From positions 19,126 to 83,125 of the forward strand of contig VHCN01000007.1 of the NCBI GenBank assembly GCA_016871675.1: 64,000 nucleotides of DNA, given 5' to 3'. Positions within the stretch are counted from its first letter, which is position 1. The number at the start of each line of letters is the position of its first letter. Below the pieces are notes generated by a model. The model saw only the letters and a list, made by a program, of their open reading frames with translations, had not been told where the DNA came from and made no database searches. Source of the DNA: Verrucomicrobiota bacterium (GTDB lineage Bacteria > Verrucomicrobiota > Verrucomicrobiia > Limisphaerales > VHCN01). This document shows positions 32,510-42,013 of the stretch, one piece after another. A program made the position numbers and the translations under genes.

Positions 32510-32678
32510 CGGGATGGAAGGGCAGGGCATGGGGGCGGGACCGTTCGGGGTGTTCACAGTGCTGTGAATGCCACGAAGCGCTGCGGGTCGCAAGTTGGGA
32601 ATGCCGTCCGCAAGCGGGTCTGCACCGGCGGTCGAAACCGGGCTTGGCAGCCGTGCCACGCCCTGCCAGTCTTGGGGC

Positions 32679-33071
32679 ATGAAGATGTCATGGCTGTCAG
32701 CCGCGATGCTGGTCGGTGGCCTGTTCGCCGGATGCACGAAGAGAGAAGCAGCGCCTCCTGCGCCGCCGCTTCAGATCAAGGCCGCACCGCCCGTTGCAGC
32801 CCCCAAAGTGGAACCCGCCAGTATTCAACCGCCGACGCCGGCGCAACCCCCGCCCGAAGTTCCAGCGTCCCCGGCAAAAACCGAGGCGCCCTTCGACGCC
32901 AAGGCCGCCGCCCAGCAGCAGCAACAGTTCAACGACATCAACAAGATTCTGGCGGACTTGAGCTCGAGCGATCCCGCGGCGCAATCACGCGCGCGCGGAG
33001 CCATCCAGCGGCTCACCCCCGCGCAGCGCCAGGAATTTGAGAAGCTGCGAAAGCTCTACTTGGGGAAGTGA
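32679..33071 (+). CDS. Pro-rich lipoprotein (hypothetical)
   Basis: 130 aa from the ATG at 32679. It has a lipobox signal peptide MKMSWLSAAMLVGGLFAGC, a P/A-rich linker, a Q-run, and a helical C-terminus (RLTPAQRQEFEKLRKLYLGK). Confidence 0.55.
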   Translation: MKMSWLSAAMLVGGLFAGCTKREAAPPAPPLQIKAAPPVAAPKVEPASIQPPTPAQPPPEVPASPAKTEAPFDAKAAAQQQQQFNDINKILADLSSSDPAAQSRARGAIQRLTPAQRQEFEKLRKLYLGK

Positions 33072-33264
33072 TGTTTCAAACGAGGCCAACGGGCTGAGCA
33101 GGCAATCGGCGGCCTCGAAGTCGCTTCCGCGAGAGTTGAGTTTGAGAGGCGCCGTTCGAGGCGAAGCGGCTTTCGCGCCCGTGTGGCGTTGCCTGCGCCT
33201 TTGATTTGACAGGCCAAGCGGCATCTGGTCGACTGTCCTCACCCAGGAAACTGGAGAGTTGATC

Positions 33265-33777
33265 ATGAGCGCTCGCGGACTTTGTCATGCAATGGCCCTT
33301 CTGGCTTTGGCCGGATGCAGCCGGGAGCCAAAGGCTCAAAGCACGAACCCTGCTGTCGTTGCGCCACCGCCGCCCGCCGTTCGACCGGTCACGGTGGCAT
33401 CTCCAACTCCGCCTGCACCTTCAGGCGCTCCGGCGCCCGTTGGGGCGAATGCTCCCGGCGCTCCCTCCTCGCCGGCAGCGGTTCAGACCGGTGGGTTTGT
33501 CGTGGAACCGCAGAAGAAAACCTTTGTTGCCATCGGTTTGGGGTCGATGCGCCGCCCTCAAAAGGGCCCGACGCCTTCAGCCGAAGAATCGCTGGCGCTG
33601 TTGAACGATGCCCTCAAGGCTCACTTGGCCACCGGCAATCCGCTGCCGGCGAGGATTGAGGAACTTGTGAGTTCGGGTTTGATTCAAAGCGTCCCCAAGG
33701 CGCCGATTGGGAAGCGGTTCGAGATCGATGCCGCCTCGAAGGAAGTCCGGCTGACGAGCGCCGGTTCGGCGCCCTAA
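33265..33777 (+). CDS. Pro/Ala-rich lipoprotein with C-terminal LP..I..L...GL..SVP..P.G....ID...KEV.L motif (paralogue of 5287..5841)
   Basis: ATG at 33265 preceded by GGAGAG (33253-33258). It has the lipobox LLALAGC and a P/A-rich linker. The C-terminal [51 protein letters not shown] aligns with the C-terminus of the 5287..5841 product. Confidence 0.7.
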   Translation: MSARGLCHAMALLALAGCSREPKAQSTNPAVVAPPPPAVRPVTVASPTPPAPSGAPAPVGANAPGAPSSPAAVQTGGFVVEPQKKTFVAIGLGSMRRPQKGPTPSAEESLALLNDALKAHLATGNPLPARIEELVSSGLIQSVPKAPIGKRFEIDAASKEVRLTSAGSAP

Positions 33778-33794
33778 CGAGATCAGGAGCAAAC

Positions 33795-34775
33795 ATGAAA
33801 TCAAACACACGACCGCAGAACACTGGCGAATGCGCGAGGGCCGGTTTCACCCTGATCGAATTGCTGGTCGTGATCGCCATCATCGCGATTCTGGCTGCGA
33901 TGCTGTTGCCGGCGCTTGCCGGAGCCAAAGAGCGCGCCAATGCCACCAAGTGCATGGCCAACCTGAAACAGGCCGCCCTCGCCAACCTCCTTTACGCCGA
34001 GGAAAACGACGACCGACTCACGTTTGGCGCCTGCCATTCCAGCGCGAACACGGCGTGGTCCTGGGATGACATGGTGGCCTCGTATCTGGGAGTGCGATAC
34101 ACGCAACAGGAGTTTGACAGCAACATCGCCACCAACGCGCCGGCCATGCTGGCGTGTCCGTCGGACAAAGTGCCTCGTTCCACAACGTGGACATCGCGCG
34201 GGGGCAAGGTGCGGACCTACGCGATGCCCATGCACAACATGCGGATCCTTGTCATCAACGGGGTGCAGTTTCCTTCTGCGGCCGATTGGCCGCCTGGAGC
34301 CAACAACACTTGCGGCATCGGGATCTATTGGGAGATCGGCGGCAACGGCTTCCCGGACCTCATCCGGCCGAACGTGAATTGGAACGCGGCCGACCCCAAG
34401 CCCACGACATCGCCCAAAGCCCAGCCCGCATACCGCCTCGGAACCCTTAACCGCCCCGACGACATCATCATGCTCACCGAACTCGTCTCAGCGGAGAACG
34501 TCGCCGGAAGCGCCTCGTCCCAGAATATCCCGGGCTACGGCCTGCTTGCGGCCACAAGTGTGGTGGACTCGCCGCTGGAACAACTCGACATCAACCAGCC
34601 CACGCCGACAATCGTCGGTTCCTACACGGGCCGCTACAAGTTTCACGCCAACGGAAAGTTCCAATACGTGATGCTCGATGGCCACGCGGAGCGGCAGTTG
34701 CCCGAGGACACACTTGGACGGAGCCGCGACATCCGGAGGCAGACCGGAAAGTGGACACCGACCGTGACGGACTGA
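33795..34775 (+). CDS. DUF1559 / prepilin-type N-terminal cleavage-methylation domain protein (H-X9-DG pseudopilin-like)
   Basis: [17 protein letters not shown]|[28 protein letters not shown] and a C-terminal [20 protein letters not shown] lies in the 17-nt gap after the upstream gene. It is a full-length paralogue of 4286..5269. Confidence 0.88.
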   Translation: MKSNTRPQNTGECARAGFTLIELLVVIAIIAILAAMLLPALAGAKERANATKCMANLKQAALANLLYAEENDDRLTFGACHSSANTAWSWDDMVASYLGVRYTQQEFDSNIATNAPAMLACPSDKVPRSTTWTSRGGKVRTYAMPMHNMRILVINGVQFPSAADWPPGANNTCGIGIYWEIGGNGFPDLIRPNVNWNAADPKPTTSPKAQPAYRLGTLNRPDDIIMLTELVSAENVAGSASSQNIPGYGLLAATSVVDSPLEQLDINQPTPTIVGSYTGRYKFHANGKFQYVMLDGHAERQLPEDTLGRSRDIRRQTGKWTPTVTD

Positions 34776-34841
34776 CGGTGCGTGGCCGGAGGTTGCCGCC
34801 CTCGGCCGTCCGCGGAGTGCGCGTTCCCCCCGGCGCGGTGC

Positions 34842-35723
34842 TCAAGCCCAGGCCGGATTCTCCGGCAGGCAGGCATCGAAATCCCGCACCAACTTCGCCT
34901 CGTAGTTTCCTGCGTAGGTGCCGTCGAAGAACCGGTCCAGCGCCTCGGCATGAAGCCGTTCCCACGATGCCTCCTCGGCGCCGGGGTTGATCGGAAAGAA
35001 CAACGCGCCATTCTTCTTTGCCGCGTTGAAGTCGCCCGGCGCGTCGCCAATCATCAGCACCTTCGCGGGATCATACTTCCCGACCGCGGCGAACTTGATG
35101 TGCTCGGTCTTGGTGCCCATCTCCTGTCCCGCGATGATCCTCACGAACCCGCTCAACCCGTGCTCGGCCCACTCGCGTTCCAGCGCGGGCGTGGGCGTCT
35201 GCGAGATGCACATTGCATCCGCCTGCGACTGGATGCGCTGCAAACACTCGCGCACCAGCGGGAACGGCGGCACCCCGTGCACGATGTCCTCGATGGACCG
35301 GTTCACCGCGTCGCTCCAAACCTTGACCGGCGCCAGTCCGGCGTTGCCGCGCGCGACCTCGGCATTCAGCGTGGCGTTGCCGAGCTTCGATTCTCGGGCG
35401 ATCCACTCGTCCAGCGCGGTCGTCGCGGCCACCGCCACACCGCGGGCCTTCACCTGGGGACGCTCGCGAAGCAGATTGAGCGCGCGCACGAGCGCGGGGA
35501 ATCGGTTCGCCCCGCGTGTCTTCGAGTAAAGGTTCACAAAGTCCCAGCACTCGCGCGCATACTTGCTCACGGCCTGCAGCTTGAAGTGCTTCACAAACAT
35601 CGGCGTGAAGCACTCCTTGTGCTTGATCTCCATGCTGTCGAAGATGCAGCCGTCGGAATCAATGCCGACGAAGTGGGCGTGACCCGGCTTGAAGTCGCGT
35701 AGGATTTGCGCGGGATCCGTCAT
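34842..35723 (-). CDS. HAD-superfamily hydrolase
   Basis: 293 aa. It has motif I FVGIDSDGCIFD (DxD), a cap domain, and motif IV MIGDAPGDFNAAKKNGALFF. The substrate cannot be inferred. Confidence 0.7.
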   Translation of the reverse strand: MTDPAQILRDFKPGHAHFVGIDSDGCIFDSMEIKHKECFTPMFVKHFKLQAVSKYARECWDFVNLYSKTRGANRFPALVRALNLLRERPQVKARGVAVAATTALDEWIARESKLGNATLNAEVARGNAGLAPVKVWSDAVNRSIEDIVHGVPPFPLVRECLQRIQSQADAMCISQTPTPALEREWAEHGLSGFVRIIAGQEMGTKTEHIKFAAVGKYDPAKVLMIGDAPGDFNAAKKNGALFFPINPGAEEASWERLHAEALDRFFDGTYAGNYEAKLVRDFDACLPENPAWA

Positions 35724-35821
35724 CGAAGGGTCTCCGGTCTCGGACGTTCAGTTTCGATTGTTCCGGCGGTTCAACGCCGGCGAAGCGCCCGGAGTGTTTG
35801 CAAACGACCTGCGAGCGTCAA

Positions 35822-35836
35822 GTTGAAGTCTTCAAC
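35822..35836. promoter_or_regulatory. Perfect 7-1-7 palindrome GTTGAAGtCTTCAAC (possible operator)
   Basis: Read directly in the ~300-bp non-coding gap upstream of the HAD gene. It abuts a minus-strand TTGACG hexamer (35821-35816). Function is unknown. Confidence 0.2.
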
Positions 35837-36029
35837 CGTGCGCGTCCATCGGTGCGCGGGAACCCGGTCCGAAGATTCGCCGGAGGGCGTTGCCCATGGA
35901 TGGTTTCCACGACATCGGAGCAAGCGGCGCCCCGGTCGGCGCTCGACCTTGACGCCGGGCTTCGCCAGCGAGGGTGAAGGCCGGCGAGGCAGCGGGACGG
36001 ACGGGGCGAGGCAGGGCAGGTTCGTCCGT

Positions 36030-37175
36030 TCAGGCGCCAAGCAGCCTCGCGTGTTCTTCCATCGCATAGCGGTCCGTCATGCCGGCGACGTAGTCGCAGA
36101 CGACGCGGTGCAGGCCGTCCTTGCGGATGCGTTTGCGGGCTTGTTCGCCGAGTTCCGCGGGCCGCTTCAAGTAGGTGTGAAAGAGGTCTTCGAGCATCTT
36201 CACGGCGCGCACGTTGGGTTCGTGGACGACGGGGTTGAAGTAGAGGTTTTCGTAGAGATACTCGCGCAGGTCGAGGTTCAGCTTGCGGCGCTCGGCGCTG
36301 TATTGCACGAGCGGCCGCGGTTGAAGGCGCACATCGTCGGCGGAGTTCACGCCCACGGCGCGGAGGCGTTCCATGGTCGTGGCCACTACGTCGCTCACCT
36401 GCCTGTCAATCAGGCAGCGGATGATGAAGTAGCGGCGTGACTCGTCCGCGAGCGCGCCGTGGACGCGCCTGACCGCGCGGTCGGCGAGGGACCACAGCTT
36501 CACGTCGCCTCGAAGCTGCTTCTCGCTGAGCAGGTCGGACTCAAGCCCGTCGTCGAGGTCGTGGCTGTAGTAGGCGATTTCATCGGCGAGGTTGGCGACC
36601 TGCGCTTCGAGGGACGAGGACCTGGCCTCGAACCCCGGTCGTTGGCTCGGATGGTCGAAGGCGGTGTAGTGCTTCACGAGCCCTTCGCGCGCCTCCCACG
36701 TGAGGTTCAGCCCGCGAAAAGCGGGATATTTCTGCTCGAGTTCCTCGACGATGCGCAGGCTCTGCCGGTTGTGCTCGAAGCCGCCGTGGGACTTCATGAG
36801 CGTGTTGAGCGCCTGCTCGCCGGAGTGGCCGAAAGGCGAGTGTCCGAGGTCGTGCGCGAGCGCGATGGTCTCCGCCAGGTCCTCGTTGAGGCGCAGCGCA
36901 CGCGCGATGTTGCGGGAGATCGCGGCGACTTCTATTGTGTGCGTGAGGCGAGTGCGGAGGTGGTCGCCGGTGCCGTTGAGGAAGACCTGCGTCTTGTATT
37001 CGAGCCGGCGGAAGGCGCGCGAGTGGATGACGCGGTCGCGGTCGCGCTGGTATTCAGTGCGCCACTCGGGCGGGGCTTCCTTGAACTTTCTCCCGCGCGT
37101 GTCGGAGCTGAACTGCGCGAAGGGCGCGAGCGTGCGGCGTTCGCGAAGTTCGAGTTCGGCGCCGGTGCAGGGCAT
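36030..37175 (-). CDS. dgt: dGTP triphosphohydrolase-like HD-domain protein
   Basis: LAPFAQFSSDTRGRKFKE...YQRDRDRVIHSRAFRRLEYKTQVF...RLTHTIEVAAISRNIARAL...LAHDLGHSPFGHSGE. Start chosen at the ATG at 37175 (alternative 37220). The remaining upstream part of ORF ..37400 overlaps ispH. Confidence 0.9.
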   Translation of the reverse strand: MPCTGAELELRERRTLAPFAQFSSDTRGRKFKEAPPEWRTEYQRDRDRVIHSRAFRRLEYKTQVFLNGTGDHLRTRLTHTIEVAAISRNIARALRLNEDLAETIALAHDLGHSPFGHSGEQALNTLMKSHGGFEHNRQSLRIVEELEQKYPAFRGLNLTWEAREGLVKHYTAFDHPSQRPGFEARSSSLEAQVANLADEIAYYSHDLDDGLESDLLSEKQLRGDVKLWSLADRAVRRVHGALADESRRYFIIRCLIDRQVSDVVATTMERLRAVGVNSADDVRLQPRPLVQYSAERRKLNLDLREYLYENLYFNPVVHEPNVRAVKMLEDLFHTYLKRPAELGEQARKRIRKDGLHRVVCDYVAGMTDRYAMEEHARLLGA

Positions 37176-37228
37176 GGAGGAGGGGAATGCGGAGTGCGGA
37201 ACGGCTCGGATGCGCCTCATGGATGCGC

Positions 37229-38464
37229 TCAATTCGCCAGCACGTCCTGCACGGAGATTCCGCGCAGATCGAGCAGGCGCTTGATGGCGTCCTCGATGAG
37301 GTTGTTCGGGCAGCTCGCGCCGGCGGTGATGCCGATGGTGATGGGGCTGGAGGGCAGCCAGTGGCGCGTTTCCTCCTCGACGTGGGTGTGCTGGTTCCAA
37401 TGCCGGATGAGCGCGGCGGATTCCATCTTGGCGGCGTTCTTGATGAAATACGTGGGGAGGACTTTCTCGCCCATCTCGGCGAGGTGTGATGTGTTCGACG
37501 AGTTGTAGCCGCCGATGACAAGCAGCAGGTCGAGTTTCTCGCGCAGGAGTTTGCCGAGCGCGTCCTGGCGGTCCTGCGTCGCGCCACAGATGGTGTCGAA
37601 GAAGCGGAAGTGGTCATTGATGCTCGCGGCGCCGTGCTTCTTCTCCATCGCCGAGCGAAAGCGCCGCTGCACTTCCTCCGTCTCGCCGCGGAGCATCGTG
37701 GTCTGGTTGGCGACGCCGACGGCGATGAGGTGCTCGTCCGGGTCGAAACCCGCCGAGTGAGCGCCTTTGAACTTTTCGAGGAACTCGGCCTTGTCGCCGC
37801 CGCGCAGGATGTAGTCGCAGACGTAGTCGGTTTCTTCGAGGTTGAACACGACGAGGTAGTGGCCGCTGCCGTAAGCCGTGGCCTGCGACGTGGTGGCCTT
37901 CGTCTCCTCGTGCTTCGCCTTGCCGTGGATGATGCTGGTGACGCTCTCCTTGGAGTATTGGCGGACGCGTTTCCACACGGACATCACGTCCCCGCAGGTG
38001 GTGTCCACGAGCAGGCAGCCCTTTTCCTCAAGCCGGCGTCGCGTGAGGACTTCGGTGCCGAACGCGGGGATGATCACCACGTCATCGCGCTGAAGCATGG
38101 CCATCTCCTCCTCGGTGGGCTTGTTGGAAATGGTGCGGATGCCGAGGTTGCGAATCTGGTCGTTGACCTCGGGGTTGTGGATGATTTCGCCGAGCAGGAA
38201 GATGGGCTTGTCCGCCGCGAAGGACTTGCGCGCGGCATAAGCGAGGTCAATCGCCCGCTCGACGCCGTAGCAGAAGCCGAATTCCTTCGCGAGCATGATG
38301 GTCAATCCCTCGGCGCGGATGACGTGTCCCTGCGCGCGGAGATGCTCGACGAGCTGGCTGCGGTAATGCGACTCGACCTGCGCCTGCACGGCGGTCATCA
38401 CCTCCGGGCGGCGGAGGTTGATCTTCTGCGGTGGTGCGTGTCGGGGTGCGGCGAGCGTTGACAT
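37229..38464 (-). CDS. ispH: 4-hydroxy-3-methylbut-2-enyl diphosphate reductase (long form)
   Basis: 411 aa. Contains FGFCYGVERAIDLAY, IHNPEVN, TTCGDVMSVW and ICGATQDRQDA, which provide the three Fe-S cysteine contexts. N-terminal and internal extensions make it longer than the ~316-aa E. coli type. Confidence 0.92.
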   Translation of the reverse strand: MSTLAAPRHAPPQKINLRRPEVMTAVQAQVESHYRSQLVEHLRAQGHVIRAEGLTIMLAKEFGFCYGVERAIDLAYAARKSFAADKPIFLLGEIIHNPEVNDQIRNLGIRTISNKPTEEEMAMLQRDDVVIIPAFGTEVLTRRRLEEKGCLLVDTTCGDVMSVWKRVRQYSKESVTSIIHGKAKHEETKATTSQATAYGSGHYLVVFNLEETDYVCDYILRGGDKAEFLEKFKGAHSAGFDPDEHLIAVGVANQTTMLRGETEEVQRRFRSAMEKKHGAASINDHFRFFDTICGATQDRQDALGKLLREKLDLLLVIGGYNSSNTSHLAEMGEKVLPTYFIKNAAKMESAALIRHWNQHTHVEEETRHWLPSSPITIGITAGASCPNNLIEDAIKRLLDLRGISVQDVLAN

Positions 38465-38581
38465 GACGAGGGTGAAGATAACAGCGCAAGGCGGAGCGTC
38501 GAGGCTTGATTGAGGGGATGGGGCGCCGGCGGTTGCTGCGAAGTTCAGCGGCGGGCGGCTCTGCCAGGCGAATCTTCCGTT

Positions 38582-38609
38582 TTCACGGCGCGTCAGGATC
38601 TGTTAAATT
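38582..38609 (+). promoter_or_regulatory. Candidate promoter for the PSCyt/DUF1553-DUF1501 pair
   Basis: TTCACG (38582-38587), a 16-nt spacer, then TAAATT (38604-38609), 8 nt before the ATG at 38618. This would give a near-leaderless transcript. Pattern match only. Confidence 0.3.
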
Positions 38610-38617
38610 CAGCGCGC

Positions 38618-41600
38618 ATGACGATGAGTCACGGAACCACATCACCGATCCTCGCACGAGCAACCCTGGTCATGCTGACGCTCGGACTTGCCCCGGACTG
38701 CTCGATCGCCCATGCAGGCTCCGACGAGTTTTTCGAGAAGCGCATCCGTCCGCTTCTGGTCGAGAAGTGCTTCAAGTGCCACAGCGCGGAGTCCGAGAAA
38801 CTCAAGGGCGGGTTGCGGCTCGACTCGCGCGAGGCGATGCTGAAGGGAGGCGACACCGGTCCCGCGGTGGTGCCGGGCGAGCCCGCGCGGAGCCTGCTCA
38901 TCAAGGCCGTGAGCTACGAGCACACGGACTTGCAGATGCCGCCCAAGGCGAAGCTGCCCGCGCGGGAACTCTCCGACCTCGCCTCGTGGGTGACGTCTGG
39001 CGCGCCGTGGCCGGCCGCGAAACCAGCCATGGGCGCGGGCGCGTCCGCGAAGAAGGACGGGTTCGATTTGCAAAAGCGCCGCGCCTCGCACTGGGCCTGG
39101 CAGCCCGTTCGCGCGACTGCCCTGCCGAAGGTGAAGCAACGCGACTGGCCGGCGACGACTGTGGACCAGTTTGTCCTTGCGAAACTCGAGGCCGCGAATC
39201 TCAAACCGGCAACGTCCGCCGGGGCGCGGGCGTTGATCCGGCGACTCTCCTTTGATCTCGTCGGCTTGCCGCCGACGCCGGCTCAGGCGGAGGCATTCGC
39301 AGCCAGCACCGGCGGGACGGACAGGCCCAACAAGCCCTACGAGTCCGTCGTGGATGAACTGCTCGCATCGCCCGCTTTCGGCGAGCGATGGGCGCGGCAC
39401 TGGCTCGATCTTGTGCGCTATGCCGAGACGCGCGGGCACGAGTTCGAGCCGATCATTCCGAACGCATGGCAGTATCGCGACTACGTCATCCGCGCGCTGA
39501 ATGCCGACGTTCCCTACGACCGGTTCGTGACGGAGCACATCGCCGGCGACCTTGTGCCGCAACCGCGGCTGAACCCCGGGAATGGGGCGAACGAATCACT
39601 GCTCGGCACGGGCTTCTGGTTTCTCGGCGAAGAAGTCCACTCGCCGGTGGACATCCGGCAGGACGAATGCGATCGCCTGGACAACCGCGTGGACGTGATG
39701 ACCAAGACCTTCCTCGGCCTCACCGTGAGTTGCGCCCGCTGCCACGATCACAAATTCGACGCCATCTCGCAGCGCGACTACTACGCGCTCGTCGGATTCC
39801 TCATCAGCAGCAACTACCGGCAGGCGCGGTTTGAGACGATCGAGCACCATCGCGCCATCGCGCACGAACTCGACAAGCTCCGCACATCCGAATCGCCACG
39901 ACTGATGACCGAACTTGCGGTCGCGCTCCGGCCCGCGGCGGAAAGCGCCGCCCAAAACCTCCTCGCCGTCCGGCGGGCGGCGCCGGCGGAAAGGGAGGCG
40001 GGCAACACGTGGCCCCGCGAACTCTCGGCCGCGAAGTCCGACCGCGCGCATCCGTTGCATGCGTTCGCCGCGCTGCCGCCGGGCGCGGACGATCCGTCGC
40101 GCTTTAGATCGGAGGCCGCCACGTTCTTGCAGTCGTTCACAAATCGGCCGGGAGCCGCATCGGGGCCCGAAGACGGGATTATCGCCGACTTCACCCGCGT
40201 GGCGGCGCAGGATTGGTTTCAGGATGGATTCTCGTTCGGGCTCCGCCCGGCCCGTGCCGGCGAATTGCGATTCGGAGCGGATGGAGTCCAGCCTCTTCTC
40301 GGCGTGTTGACACATGCGGGCGCGTGGCGTGATGAGGCGTGGAAGCAGCTGAAAGTGACAGCGACTGAACGTGACGACGCGAAGCTCGGGCAGTGGGACC
40401 GCAGCGAGCAGACGCTTCGCACGCCCGAGTTCACGCTCACGGGCGGGAGACTTTGGTATCTGGTGAAGGGGCCGGGCCGCGCCTACTCGCCGGTGGATTC
40501 GCACCTCATCGTGCACGGCCCGCTCCACGGGGCGACGCTCAAGGAATGGAAGACAGGCGCGACAGAATGGCAATGGGTCGAGCACCGGCTCGATGCCTAC
40601 AAAGGCCACCGGGCCCACGTCGAGTTTAGCCCTGTCGGGACGAACGACCTCGCCATCGCGATGGTGTTGCAGCAGGAGTCGCAGCCGTCAGCGCCGGGGA
40701 CGAATCCCCTTGTCGCCTCCCTGCTCGCCGATGCCGCGTGCGATTCGGCGACGGCGCTCGCCAACGGGCTGCAAGCCTTGTTCCTTCGCGCGCTCGGCCG
40801 CATGGAATCCAGCGCGCTCGCAACCGATCCCGAGGCCGCCGCACTCGCACCTTTTGCCGACCTGCTCGTTCGGAATGTTCACTCGTTTTGCCCCGTCGGT
40901 TCTGCCCGACGGACCCGGCTCGACGCCGCGCTCAGACCTTTCGCCACCCGCCAGGCGGAATTGGCGAAATCGATCAAACCGAACTCGGCCACCGCACCGG
41001 CGATCATGGATGGCAACGGCGTGAGTGAATTCCTGCTCGTTCGCGGCCAGCCAAGGACGCCCGCCGCGCCCGTGCCGCGCCGGTTCCTTGAAGCCATCGC
41101 GGGCGCGAGGCAGCCCGATTACGGCGCGGGCAGCGGCCGCTTGCAGCTCGCCCAACAAATCACCGACCCTTCGAATCCGCTCACGGCGCGCGTGATCGTG
41201 AATCGCGTCTGGCATCACCTCTTCGGGCGCGGCATCGTCCCGACCGTGGACAACTTCGGCGCGCTCGGCCAGGCGCCCTCGCACCCGGAGTTGCTCGACC
41301 ACCTCGCGGACCGATTCGTCACGGTGCATCGCTGGTCGCTCAAGCAACTCATCCGCGAACTCGTCCTTTCGCGCGCTTATCAAATGTCCAGCGAACCGGT
41401 TGACGCGCGAGCTGAAGCTGCGGACCCGGCGAATGCCCTGCTCCACCGCGCAAACTTGAGGCGCCTCGAAGCCGAAGTCATCCGCGATTCGATACTCGCG
41501 GTCTCGGGCCGCCTCGATCCAAAGCAGGGCGGGCCGAGCGTGCCGGTCCACCTGACTGCCTTCATGGAAGGACGCGGCAGGCCAGCCCAGAGCGGCCCAC

Positions 41601-42013
41601 CCGACGGCGATGGTCGCCGCAGCATCTACATTGCAGTGCGCCGGAATTTCCTCTCGCCGATGATGCTCGCCTTCGACGCGCCCATTCCGTTCACCACCAT
41701 CGGCCGGCGCAATGTTTCGAACGTGCCCGCGCAGGCGCTCATCTTGATGAACGACCCGTTCGTGGTGCAGCAGGCGCAAGTGTGGGCGAAGCGTGTCCTC
41801 GCCGCGCCGACGGCTTCGACGGCGGAGCGGGTGCGCGGCATTTACCTCGCAGCGTTCGCGCGCCTGCCGACCGTTTCGGAACTCGGCGACTCGCTCGCAT
41901 TCGTCGAGGCGCAGTCCAGATCATACGAGCCCGGCGCAACCGGCGAGCAGAAGGCGTGGGCCGACCTCTGCCACGTGATGTTCAACGCGAAGGAGTTCAT
42001 TTTCTTGAACTGA
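38618..42013 (+). CDS. PSCyt (planctomycete cytochrome c) + DUF1549 + DUF1553 (PSD1) domain protein
   Basis: Signal peptide, then FFEKRIRPLLVEKCFKCHS (CxxCH). This is followed by RRLSFDLVGLPPTPAQAEAF (DUF1549 signature) and CARCHDHKFDAISQRDYYAL (DUF1553 signature), with a C-terminal NAKEFIFLN. Start at the ATG at 38618 or 38624. Confidence 0.88.
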   Translation: MTMSHGTTSPILARATLVMLTLGLAPDCSIAHAGSDEFFEKRIRPLLVEKCFKCHSAESEKLKGGLRLDSREAMLKGGDTGPAVVPGEPARSLLIKAVSYEHTDLQMPPKAKLPARELSDLASWVTSGAPWPAAKPAMGAGASAKKDGFDLQKRRASHWAWQPVRATALPKVKQRDWPATTVDQFVLAKLEAANLKPATSAGARALIRRLSFDLVGLPPTPAQAEAFAASTGGTDRPNKPYESVVDELLASPAFGERWARHWLDLVRYAETRGHEFEPIIPNAWQYRDYVIRALNADVPYDRFVTEHIAGDLVPQPRLNPGNGANESLLGTGFWFLGEEVHSPVDIRQDECDRLDNRVDVMTKTFLGLTVSCARCHDHKFDAISQRDYYALVGFLISSNYRQARFETIEHHRAIAHELDKLRTSESPRLMTELAVALRPAAESAAQNLLAVRRAAPAEREAGNTWPRELSAAKSDRAHPLHAFAALPPGADDPSRFRSEAATFLQSFTNRPGAASGPEDGIIADFTRVAAQDWFQDGFSFGLRPARAGELRFGADGVQPLLGVLTHAGAWRDEAWKQLKVTATERDDAKLGQWDRSEQTLRTPEFTLTGGRLWYLVKGPGRAYSPVDSHLIVHGPLHGATLKEWKTGATEWQWVEHRLDAYKGHRAHVEFSPVGTNDLAIAMVLQQESQPSAPGTNPLVASLLADAACDSATALANGLQALFLRALGRMESSALATDPEAAALAPFADLLVRNVHSFCPVGSARRTRLDAALRPFATRQAELAKSIKPNSATAPAIMDGNGVSEFLLVRGQPRTPAAPVPRRFLEAIAGARQPDYGAGSGRLQLAQQITDPSNPLTARVIVNRVWHHLFGRGIVPTVDNFGALGQAPSHPELLDHLADRFVTVHRWSLKQLIRELVLSRAYQMSSEPVDARAEAADPANALLHRANLRRLEAEVIRDSILAVSGRLDPKQGGPSVPVHLTAFMEGRGRPAQSGPPDGDGRRSIYIAVRRNFLSPMMLAFDAPIPFTTIGRRNVSNVPAQALILMNDPFVVQQAQVWAKRVLAAPTASTAERVRGIYLAAFARLPTVSELGDSLAFVEAQSRSYEPGATGEQKAWADLCHVMFNAKEFIFLN

